A stretch of 64,000 nucleotides of DNA from NCBI GenBank assembly GCA_964270895.1, contig OZ185440.1; one strand, written 5' to 3'. The notes below the pieces were generated by a model, which saw only the letters and a list, made by a program, of their open reading frames with translations, searched no databases and was not told where the DNA came from. Both the position numbers and the translations under genes were made by a program. Positions 35,044 to 64,000 of the stretch are shown in pieces (positions within the stretch are counted from its first letter, which is position 1; every line of letters starts with the position of its first letter). This stretch comes from Podarcis filfolensis. Taxonomy: Eukaryota.

Positions 35044-35085
<42 letters not shown>
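34703..35085 (+). mobile_element. Young 5'-truncated L2 3' end with (ATT)n tail, between AHCYL1 and the STRIP1 promoter
   Basis: GLGPVYLKERL...RAFSVVAPALWNALP...TFRRHLKAALFREVF, then gccgcccagagtgg...gatgggcggggtataaat. Confidence 0.88.
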
Positions 35086-35088
<3 letters not shown>

Positions 35089-35988
35089 AAAAGCACTGTA
35101 CAATCTTACCTTATCAAAAACATTGGCAAAAGCCACAAATGCTTGAAATATACACTTGTGATAGCATCACTGGCATATCTGTGATGTAGCACTTGTGGGA
35201 TAGCCTTTCACTTGCCTGCTACTTGAGAATATTGGGGACCACCAATTTGTATGCACATGACCAGGCTACTAAAGTATTAGTAGCCATATAGAAGCAGAAC
35301 AGAAAGGTGTGGTAGCAATAGGAACATCTGTGATTGAGGGGGTCCAACGGAATCAGTGATGGCCCATTGAGGAAAAGGATTGTAGATAATTGCAGAATGC
35401 TTTAGGCCATATTCAGCTACAACAATTTAACAAATAGAAAGCATTAAAGATGTGAAATGTGTTCACAAGAAAGAAGTAAATGAGGGAACAATATGAACTG
35501 CCTCTGCCTACCCCAATGAGAAGCATTTCTTGGACTACAGCAAGCAAGATCAAGATGTCTGGTATATCCATACACTCTTTTACGGACTGTGGACTTATAG
35601 GGATAGAAATAATGTTACGTACTATTTATTTATTTTTAAAAACCAAATAGTTCAGTGTAGGTTGTGTTAATGTGAACTCAACAACTAATGCTTGCATGGA
35701 AAGCCTAACACCATCACTATTTTATTAGCAATGAGAACAAGCTTAGGTTTGTTTTGCATCCAGTGTGGCTAGACACCCATAGAAGTGTGTTTGCTTCTGG
35801 AAGCTTGGATATAGGATTCTCTTTCAACAAAGTTTCTAATGCTAACTTAATGGCAGTTATTCCCTTTCTGAAAAGTAGGGCTGGGGCCATACCAACACAC
35901 CAATCACACACTCTTAACATATACAGAGACATACAAAATGGTATTTCCTATGAAAACAAGGGGGTTTTTTCTTAGCAACTCCACTCAA

Positions 35989-36022
35989 ATTTCCATTTTC
36001 TTTCCATTTTCTTTCCATTTTC
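35989..36022. repeat. Tandem repeat (tttccattttc) x3
   Basis: Direct reading. Confidence 0.8.
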
Positions 36023-37017
36023 TCCATAAGCTTTAAAAAATAGTTTTAAAAGAGTAAAGCTCCTAATCACTGTTGTCTCTATGCTAATTGTGCAAGAGGC
36101 AAAGAGTAATCAGTAATTCCATCAGAGAAATGCAAGCAATATTAAAGTACAGAGGAACTACAAAGCCTGTCTTACAGCTATTTGAAGCCTAAAATTTCAA
36201 AATGCATCTACATCCTGAAAATTGCATGCGTGCAACTGCAGATTGCCTGGACATTTTTTGCATCTTTGCAAGGAACAGTAATCTACCTTTCTGCTAAAAC
36301 ACTTTTAAAATTTATTTTGATCTTCTTCCAACAGATCTTACTTCAGAGCAACATTTTGAAAGTGTGCATTTCACCCAACAAAAGCATTTACCCTAGTTAA
36401 TTTATACATAATTTTGTTTTCTCATAAAGATTGATAACATTTTATCAGGACTTACCCATATTTGCATGGTGTATATTTTTGGTATGTTTTGTTATGTTTT
36501 AAAAAACCATGGCATTTCCCCCCTCAGCTGCTTCCCACTGAGCACCCCTGAAGGGCCAACTACTGGCCACATCTGACTCACAGAGTAGGGTTTCTCCATT
36601 CCTGCTGTAAAGTCTACTTCGGGGAGGAAGAGAAGCAGAGATACCAAGCTCTTCCTTGAGCTCTGACATCAGGGATTTGCATATCTTCTCAACCCACAGA
36701 CATCCTATGAGATAAATGATTTGTTTTGTGGATGGAATAAAACTGGAATCTTGCAGTTGAAAATGTGCTGGCAACTTGTTTCCTTGGACAGCGAAAACTG
36801 TGGCACTGATTATTTAGAAGATTATTTAAAAACTCAAGCCAGAGGTATTTTTCTAATCATTTTATTTAGATTTTGCGTAATGATTTATTGCTCATCTGCA
36901 AGGAATAATATTGCATTCATTAAAAATCATTCATATACAAAATAAACCTATCCCCACCTGGGTTGATGCTATAACATGCTCCCTCTGACTGAACTGAGGT
37001 GTTGCCAGGCATGAGAA

Positions 37018-37023
37018 TTTATT
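37018..37023 (-). terminator. Candidate AHCYL1 polyadenylation signal AATAAA
   Basis: tttatt on plus strand, about 2.2 kb after the stop, with U/GU-rich sequence downstream. Other AATAAA copies exist (e.g. about 36883), so the assignment is tentative. Confidence 0.45.
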
Positions 37024-38123
37024 CCATGGCTTATACAGAGATGAAGCCCTTAGCTAAGGTATCTATTGACACTGCAACACAGAGGCAGACAAATGGAATG
37101 AAGAGGCCCTCCCTGAACTTCATGGAGGACATTTGGGAGCACACTATGGTTGGCTTAGAAGGATCCAAGCCAATCCCGGGATCAGAACTTGTAGTATTAG
37201 AGCTGTGAAATTGAGAAACAAAATACTAAGATGCCATCCTGATGAAGGAACTGAGAGGAAGCACATATGCTCAGTTCTGAGATCACTTCAACAAAAAGGA
37301 AGAACAGAGTTCATTTGGCCTGGCCAAATGTAAGTCAGATTCTGGAAAAGGGGGTGGGCAGGAGGAGCTGGAGGCAAAGGGATCTCCCACATTCAAGTCA
37401 GTCAATGGCCTGCAACCATTCTGCAAGGCCAAGTGGCCACCCTGTAGCTGCCAGAAAGGAACCAGACAGCTATTTGAGGCCAAAGGTACAAGAGAAAGGT
37501 CACCTAGGGCTCTGGGAAAGAGAGAGCAAGCATGAACGTGCAAAGGTTTGGTGGCTCAGACTCCTCATCAAATCACAGTTAAATTATTCTCCTCAGTGAA
37601 GGATATCAGGAAGGACCACAGCCAATGCCATACAATAGTGGAATAGATTTCAAGAAGATGGAACTAGGAATGTAATCTGTATTTACATCAAGTTTTCTGC
37701 AAAGGTTACATAAAAAGCCACAGAAATTCAAGGTTGATCATATATTCACTATGATTCACAGTAGTCTCTAGCTTTTCATCACTGCCCCTCGAGACTTCAG
37801 CACAAGCCTGAAGTGATCAGATGCAGGCAGCATTTGCCTGAACCACCTTCCTTAGCCTGATGTTTGCCTCTCTAAAGATGAGCTCCCTCCTCTTTCATGG
37901 CACTAAAATGTGAAATCTGGCTGCACTGTAGTTTCGCAGGAGAGGTACCAGTGCATCAAGGTAACCAGACAGAATAGGCTAGCCTAAGCCAAGGTAAGTA
38001 AGCAGCAGAGCACTTAAAACAGCAGTGCCAATGGGAAGGGATTCCACCTTCAATATTCATTTGCTACAAATGGAGCCTGAAGATGGAGGGAAGGTGCTTT
38101 ACACAATGAATAATTCTTTATAG

Positions 38124-38260
38124 CAGGTGTGGGCGGCAGTGGAGGGAGGACATTTGGCCCTCCAATCGTTTGCTGAACCACAACTCACGTCATCCCTTGC
38201 TGGGGCTGATAGGAGTTGTAGTACAGCAACATCTGGAGGGCCAAAGGTCCCCCACACTGG
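38124..38260. mobile_element. hAT palindromic MITE in putative AHCYL1 3' UTR
   Basis: tttggccctcca...tggagggccaaagg inverted core as in 11947-12082; flanks ctttatag / ctttgtaa. Confidence 0.65.
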
Positions 38261-39262
38261 CTTTGTAAGATATGAAAAGCTAAGCTACTACATCATCCAA
38301 ATATCCCCGGTGCTGGACAAATGAAAGGATGGAGCACAGGAGATACCCATCTCAGCTCAGAAGGACTGATTTGGTTCTTAGTGGCCCCTACCAATTCTGC
38401 AATGTATTACTGATATCTTCATAGAATTCTATGATTCTACCTTAAAGATGTCCAAACTCGAAGGAAAAGGAATTCTCACCCATTGCCTTTTAAAATATGG
38501 TTCTGGTACATCTTCACTTAAAGAAAGAAAAAACATAACATATAAAAGCTATGGAAAAGTGAAGACAGTGGATAGTCAATAGCCATTTCAATTCAGATTA
38601 GCACCCTAGCAACTTAAAAAGAATGTTAAAGTCTACCTAGGATTGGTGTAATCAGGCATGCAGCTACATATTTCATGTAGGAAAAATAGCCTAACTAAAA
38701 ATAAATAGTATTTGAAATTGTCCCACTGTTTCTTCACAACACAATATTAGGCATTTGTTGAATATACACCTAACTGGCCACAAGATATAACTCTGTTCCA
38801 GTACAGGAAAAGGAGCACTGATCTAGCAGCTAATAAATTGGGGCTCGTTAAGGCAATTTAGAATTTGTAGATAATTCCACACAGAAAAAATAGTACTCTT
38901 AATATTTTGCAGTTCTACCAACTACAACTAAGGTGCTCCAGAAAGTTTTAAATTAAAAAATAAAATGACCAGAGGACAGGAATGCCCTTCATTACCCAGG
39001 GAAATCCTTTCCTTAGTAATAGAGCTGAGGAGCTGAAACTGTACTATTTTAGTGGTGATGCAGCAGGGAAATCCCAGGTTGTCTGTAAAGTCAGACACAA
39101 AGAGGAATATTCAAGAGAATAAGAGAGGGCAGTAAAATCACATGAATAAAATAAAAAATAAAAAAGTTTTTAGAAGTAACACAAAAAATATGTTCTTTAA
39201 AAATATTCTTGCTAAAGCTCTTGTGTAGATTATGTAGTCTGGTCCTTCAGCGTTATGGTCCA

Positions 39263-56966
<17,704 letters not shown>

Positions 56967-57907
56967 CTAAATGAAAAGGAGTAAGAAGACATACATAGTT
57001 ATACCACTTTATTTTATTTATTTTATTCAGCAGGCTCACTTCTCCACACATTCCACAAAGACAAACAACTAAGCAATCCAGGGAAGAATGTTGCTTGCTA
57101 AAATTCAAACTCATTAGGAGAAAAGGTTGCTCTTTTATTCCAGTTTCTCTGCGCAAAAGGTGAATTTCCCTCCCCTGCCCCCATATACTTGCGCTATTAG
57201 AAGGTTACATTAGACACAACAAACTTCATGCTACTTTCTTGATGAATACCATCTTTATCCTCCCCCCCCCCCAGTAACCCAAAGATACAGGGGTTTAAGA
57301 ACAGTTAAAACATTTAGATCATTAAACTACAGCCAAGTCATATGCCAACAACAATACTGCTATTCAAGTCAATCAATCATGTATTTGAAGTGTGTAATGA
57401 AAACCAATGTGATCATAAGAAACCAAATATACTAGCTATTCCACATTAAAATCCCTAGATTAATTTAGATAAACCAGGAAAGAGCTGTGGGCTTAGAACA
57501 TCTTGACAATGGCATACAGTCAGGAACTGCAGCTCACAACTGACAGCACAAGACACATCTTGGAAAAACCTGGTTCCTGTTCTCTTACAATACCTTGGCT
57601 TTTCTGTGAGAAGAGAACTGTTTGGATTGTACCACCTGCAACTAAGATAAACTAAACACATGCATCACCTTGGCTGGGAGCAAGAGAAAAATCTGTAGCG
57701 TTAGGCTGAGGAGAAACATGTAATATTAGAATGGCACTGTGGAAAAACTATTGAAAATGTGAATTTGAATGCAAAGAAAGAATTACTGCTGCAATTTGCT
57801 TACTATTATGAAAATTCTAGAACAAGTGGTCAAACTTCCAAGTACTTCTAAGACTCAAGAAAACAAAGAATTTGTACCAGGGAACACCTCCTCCCAGGAG
57901 TAAATGG

Positions 57908-57943
57908 CTCAACAACAACAACAACAACAACAACAACTACAAC

Positions 57944-57983
<40 letters not shown>

Positions 57984-58055
57984 TACCGGTATACCCCGCC
58001 CATCTGGCTGAGTTTCCCCAGCCACTCTGGGCGGCTCCCAATCAAGTGTTAAAAA
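57908..58055 (-). mobile_element. Very short L2 3' end with compound (ATT)n/(GTT)n tail
   Basis: ataccccgcccatctggctg...cactctgggcggct is the reverse complement of the 34703-35085 end. Confidence 0.8.
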
Positions 58056-61000
58056 CAATACAATAAGAGAAAACAGAACCAGAGAGGCTGAGAGAAGGAA
58101 ACAAAGTGGAGTGACATTATCTTGGACCCCACACACTACTGACAATTCAAATATTTGCTGCAAAACTTTCCTGTATTGTTTTTGACATAGCTCTTGTCAT
58201 TCACCAAGATACAAATAAAAAAAAATGTCATCTAGCAATTCTATTAAAAAGGCTTGTTTTATACATTTATAGTTTAGTTAATTCATAAAGCAAGTTACAT
58301 CAAACTAGAAGAGAACCTGAAAACTCCAACTGATTCAAAATATAGAACCTGCCCTGAATTCTACAAAGCACATAGTTCAAGGATCATAACAGTTCTCACC
58401 ATGTGATTTGATTATTTCAACAAACCAGCCCCATGTGCTGCTTGTGTGGCCTTAAGAACAGCATGATAGCAATGGGATTGCCAAGAACCAGAACTGGAAA
58501 AACAGAAGTCTTGGATATCATGGAAAAGGCTTGCCTCTTATCTTTCAACTATTATGGCCTGAAGGGTGCTTTTTTAAGCTCTGAACTTCATAATGCACAA
58601 AAATTATTTCAATAATAAAATTTATGGCAGCCCCCCCCCCCATTTTTCTCTCTTATATTCAAACGCAGGCTTTAACAATGTCTTTGGCAAAAATTAATGG
58701 ATTCCCATCATAGCTTAGTGTCCTTTCTGAAACAATTCACTAATGTCAAGCAGCAAAATAACTAGTGACAATTCAAAAACAAAAAGGGAGGTCATTAACT
58801 AAAACCTAATAGTAAAAAATAGGTTAGTAAGTTAGTAAAAAGTAAATCCCCCTTTGCTGAAAAGAGTGCTACCAAGAGCCTACTTTAATCTTGCCCTCTG
58901 ATTTCATCCAGGTCTAGGAACAAAAACAAGTGAACTTTGAACAAACCAATCCCTACAGACTGTGTCCAATGCTATTTTAAGTCCTAGAGGAACAGCACAT
59001 TGTTCACCATGTCAGGAAGTATGTTTATGAGTGAGATTTAGTAAGCAATTCATTGGGCTGAACTCCCTTCTTCATAAACCTGTTCGCTTTATTTCAGTCT
59101 AATCCTTATTTAATAAATGCCTAGCATAGATCTTTGTAACTTTCACTGATAAGACCAACCAATAAAAACTAGGTTCAAAAGTATTTCCCATGCTAAACAC
59201 CAATCTATCATACTTAGCTGGTGAGTTACCAGAGACTCTGAACTGCATTCAGATCTTATCAATGAATGATACTCAGCAAATCAAATCCTGGATGAGAAAC
59301 CCAAAGGGAGAAGTATTCCAGCTTGAACAAAGTTTAATGTTTCGGCCCTTTCAACTGTTGAAAGAATTAGTGCAATGAAGAATGAAAGCCAAATCCAGTA
59401 GAGGACAATGCTCCACATGTCTTCAGAATGTATAAAACTCAAATCTAGTGTCTCTGAAAATGAAATCTGATTATAATACAAACAAAAGTTCACATAACCT
59501 TTTAAAATAGAATCCATTAATTACTACAACAGAAAGAATTGAAGTTTGCTTTCCATTTAAGAAGGGGGGCGGCCTCTGATCAAGAATTATACTGATGCAG
59601 TAGTATATGTATTAACTGTGGCAGAGTGTGAGCATTGAAGAATGTCAACTAAACAGGACAACCAAGTTTTAAGTCCCATTAACTTAAAAAAGGGAGAGTA
59701 TTAATTCAATGATTTACTCTTCCATAAAATTAAATGAGAATTAAGTTTTGCTGGACAATTCTCTTACTTTTCACCTCACAGAGAAACACTAATCTGCTCA
59801 GTAATTACTAACCCCAGCCTCTGAAAAGTTATTTGGCATTTAGCCATTACTCAAGTGTTCTTTCTTAGGGTCTATGCATACATACAACTGTGTTTATTTC
59901 ACAATTGCCCAAATTTGCCCCTAAGGAGATGATCCTGTAGTTCACAAAGCATGTGTGCTAAACACCCAACTGTTTTGGATTATTCTTCTAGGTTTATATA
60001 AGGAGTATGCTACAGCAACTAGTTAGTTTGATTTATACAATAGGACAAAATAAAGAAAGTCTATTTTCTTTTGTGATTTAAAATAATCTGTTTACATTGG
60101 CTTGATTGAATTCAATCTACCATGTTTTCCCCCTCCCCTGCCTGGCAGGCCCCTTGAGCTGTTTTCACTAGCCCAATAAAGGTGCATGTTCTTTGCCACA
60201 GCTGATGTGTAGGAGCCATGCTTCCCTCAGAACAAAAGCATGACGAATAGGATTAATGAAGTGCTGTGACATTCAAAAATGAAAAAAGCACAGTAAGTAG
60301 ATACCAAAATGGATGAAAGAGCATTCAAAATTATCCGTCTAAATTAGGCTTCCCTCACATTACATCACCTACCATTGCTATCACCATAAGGGTACCACCA
60401 CAGGGAGCAAAAGAATTTGTTCTTGTGAAGGCAGAGCTTCACTGGCCTCTGACATTTTAAGTACTGCATTGTCAAGTCCCATTAATTGCATGTTATATGG
60501 CAGTATTCAAGGCTTCAGTAGAAGTCAGCAACTGTAAATGTTGAGCAGTCACAATTGTGAAGATCTTTAGACCAAAAGGGATATATTGGTAAATTAATAC
60601 AATTTCCTTCAGTCAGAAAAGCACAGGAATACAATCTGTACTCTATAGCACTACCAGACAAGCCATCAGCTATAATATGAAGGTTAGCAATCAACAATTG
60701 GAGGCCACACAGAAAAGCCATTTCTCCTCTGAGAAAGCGGAGAGTGGCCCAAAGTAAAGAATAGGCTCACAAGGGCTTTAATTGTTACAGCTTCCTTTTT
60801 ATTCAGAAGAGCGTCTACGTAATATCTTTACATTATTCCACTACTGCCATGACCAACTAGAGTGGAATTTCAGCTGCTATACTAGCACAAAACTATGAAG
60901 CATCTTTGACAATCTAAAAAACAACTTAGGCATCTCAACCACTATGAAATCACTCACAATTTAAGCACAAACACAAACTTCACTTCATTTCAATTGTAGT

Positions 61001-62531
61001 GGTATCAGAAGATGGATTTTCCTCCCAAGACTGCTATTCTTCAAACTATTTAATCAAAATGGACAGAACAAATGTGTGGTTAGTTTAAAATGAAAACTGC
61101 TGTTTCTGGTTTCCTCTTTGCCACTGCACCAGAGGCAGAGAGTGGAGGGTGGAGCAGACGTCTGCATTAGGTCTAAGAGGTCAAATAACCACTTGGGGCC
61201 ACCAAGAAGTCCTTAGAAATTTAGCTTTTGAAAGAATCAAGGACTACAATGAGTATAAAATAAGTACACACAAGTTGACAGAGATACAGATTTATTTTGT
61301 AGATAACTTTAATGTCTGCTTTATTTTTCAAACCACTTAGAAGTTTTATTTATTATCAAGTGGTATATAAAGTTTGCTAAATAAATAAATATGCAAATGA
61401 GATTTCAACAAGATTTTACAGGCTAGGTAAAGCTGCACTCTGGTCCCGTGAACTCTATGTAACACAGACCACAAAGCTTTGAGCAATTAAGAGGGAACTG
61501 TGAACTGATGCCAAAGGCTCTTTTGCCTGCCCCAAGAGCCACAAAGCCTCCCTTCTGCAACCACCTAATCAGACAAGCGACAGCTGTGCATGTGAGGAAA
61601 ATACCCTCTCCTCCTAAGAAAAAGGGGGCTACAGAATTATGTCAGAAAAGGAGTGCCCTCAACTGGCAGGGCAGCTACATCCATTCTCAGCATAGGTGAT
61701 AGGATGTCTGCTGAATGCGTGCATGCTTGTTTGTTTGTGTTTGTGTGTCTGTGTCTCTGTGTGTATACCACCTCTTTTCAGCTATACCTCAAGTGCTTTT
61801 GTTCTGTGACATCCAAGCAAAGGCCTTTTAATCAGCATATCTATAAGGAAACTTGATCATTAGCCAGTAACTCATTGTGGTGTAGCAGTCTGCAGTTACA
61901 GCAAGACCTAGATTCAATTCCTTGCTTAGCCACAAAAGTTACTAGTGACCTTTGGACAGTCTGCTTCACGAAGTTGGTGTCAAGATACAATGGCAGGAAG
62001 ACTGGCTATACTACTATAAGCAGTTTGAGAAACGGTAGCTTAAATATGAAATTTCATAATAAACCTATGTGCATCATAATTGTCCCAATCCTATAAGGCA
62101 GAATAACTGTTCCGATCCTATAAAGCAACAAAGAAGTGTCTGAAGGGATCTACCGCTGATTATGTTCTGTACTATTGGTAGTACAGCTGACCTAGAAGTG
62201 AGTGAAAGCTATCTTCAAGTGACTGGACGGACAACACAATGTGTGATGCAGGCTTGCTGATTTTTGGTGGTCAGTAGAAGACCTGAAGTTGAAAATCCAG
62301 ACTCCTCTATTTGCTACAAATCAAGATGTTAATCTAGGCTTAGATGGGGCCTCCGTACAATGAATGTGTTTATATATGTGGCAATACATCAAAGGGGGTT
62401 TCCTTAAAAGCAGAACAGAAACTTTGAGAACTGAGAAAAGCATAAGGAAAGGGCAACAAACTAAGGTGGGTGGCAGAGGTAACAATGTTATTGTTAATCT
62501 GAAGTTCCAGCAAGAAGCATTTGGTATATGT

Positions 62532-62778
62532 TAGGCTTGCCATACGTTAGGAAAATTCCTGACATGTCCTGGTTTTGGGGTGTAAAAATGGCGTCGGGGG
62601 AATTTTGCTGAATTGGCAAAATGTCAGGAAAAATCCAGATGTATGGCAACGTGGTGGGAAAAGCAGCAGAAACACCTCCAAAAGCTTAAAACCACTATTT
62701 TGGGGAGAGGCTTCCCCAAAAAAGTTCAACAACTTTGTGGGTGTCAGGAAGTTTACTTTTTGAAATATGGCAACCCTA
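62532..62778. mobile_element. hAT non-autonomous element
   Basis: TIRs taggcttgccata / tatggcaacccta; perfect 8-bp TSD GTATATGT. Confidence 0.88.
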
Positions 62779-62824
62779 GTATATGTGCAAGTCCTAACAG
62801 GTGTTAGAATGTCAGACATCTGTC

Positions 62825-62992
62825 ATACCCCAGTGGCAGGGCATCTACTTTGCATATAGGTCTCAGGTTCAATAACCAGCGTCTTCAGGTATGTCCTCAG
62901 AAACTGCCTCATTTGAAAGTGCCAGGCAGTGTAGACAATACTGAGTGAGACAGACCAATGATCTGACTGAATACAAGGCAGCTTCCTATGTC
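62825..62992 (+). mobile_element. tRNA-derived SINE with CR1-like tail
   Basis: A-box-like cagtggcagggcat, B-box-like ggttcaat, body cagtgtagacaatactgag, tail ggcagcttcctatgt. Confidence 0.65.
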
Positions 62993-64000
62993 TTTGCTGT
63001 AAACCATAAATGTAACATTTATTTAAAAACAAATCAGGGAAACTTTTTTTTAAAAAAATCAGGAGATCCACCATAAGTCAAACTTCTAATTCAAAACCCA
63101 AGAGACATCATGCAAAAATAATCAATAATCCAGGTTACAGTTTGTCATATTGGTAACAAACTAACTTTAAAGTTTGCAAATGCTGTATGTCAAAACAAAT
63201 TCCCACTATGTTGAGAAAGCATAGAAACTATAAGCATACCTTTTCCCAATGCTCCAGACGAACAGTGGATTCCCATTTACTCCCAAGAAAAGTCCCTGTT
63301 TATCCAGAGCAAAGATTCATTTGCTAAAAATTGGCCAGTGCTCCCATTTGTCACCACTATTTCTTCAGAATACAAAGAGGAACAAACAAGTTGCATTTGG
63401 ATCTGGCTTTTAAGTTCTAAAAAGGACAATTTGGATATAGGAAACTGCTTGCTAATGAAATCAACTGCTGAATTTACCACTGTAATCCCTGAACCGGCTT
63501 TAAGGGCGCTCATCTGAACTCTGCAGCTTAGTAAAATCTGTCCTGTCTAAAAATATTATCAAACATGGCAAGCAGCTTACTAATGAAGTGAATTACTCCA
63601 GCATTAAATCAATTTCAAACTTAGCCTGAAACCAAAATGGTGTATGACACGGGGCTGGAATACAACCCTGGGAAAAAGACAGGACCCAACTGCAACCTCA
63701 ACAGTTGACCTCACAATATCATCTTCTTTGTTCATGTGCTGTGATCTCTAGATGACATTAAAAGGAAAATCCTCTCTCAAATCTCTCTGACACCAATATT
63801 GACTGGTACAGAGTGTCTCCTGCACACACAGCTGTGGAATGTAGACGTCCAAGCACGTGTTTTGGGGAAGGTCTGGACAGCTTGCTATATTCAAAGCCTG
63901 CTAGTTTGACTTCACCCAGGAAAGCAGAAAACTGCCCCTTTTCACCATGGGTAGAGACTTAATTTTTCCCAAAGCCAAAAGCAATCTTCACAATGTCATA

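Noticed and set aside
57872-58163. Poly-N/Y/C ORFs, and likewise poly-I/L at 34815-35146 and poly-HT at 3777-4134
   Set aside because: Translations of microsatellites.
63277-63513. 78-aa ATG ORF on the AHCYL1 strand in intron 1
   Set aside because: No similarity to IRBIT N-termini and no in-frame donor before the stop.

Overview
Eukaryotic genomic DNA from a vertebrate. The repeat content (L2 and CR1 LINE ends, TA-flanked Tc1/mariner MITEs, hAT MITEs, tRNA-type SINEs) suggests a squamate, probably a lacertid lizard; this is inference, not a database result. Three protein-coding genes lie in tandem on the minus strand. AHCYL1/IRBIT has coding exons 2-17 at 56966..39263, with exon 1 beyond the window end. 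STRIP1/FAM40A is complete, with 21 coding exons at 33347..15217 (825 aa) and a CpG-island promoter. An intronless UBL4A-like gene (UBL4B-type retrogene, 193 aa) lies at 9902..9321. All exon boundaries were read from the sequence, have GT..AG ends, and join in frame. Human order is AHCYL1-STRIP1-ALX3-UBL4B-SLC6A17; here only about 5.3 kb of TE-rich DNA separates STRIP1 from UBL4B and no ALX3 is visible. I found no convincing wholly new biological system. The best leads are the syntenic reptile UBL4B retrogene, the missing ALX3, a perfect 33-bp palindrome inside a decayed L2, a three-level nested insertion (L2 > MITE > solo LTR), and an RFX X-box cluster in STRIP1 intron 1.
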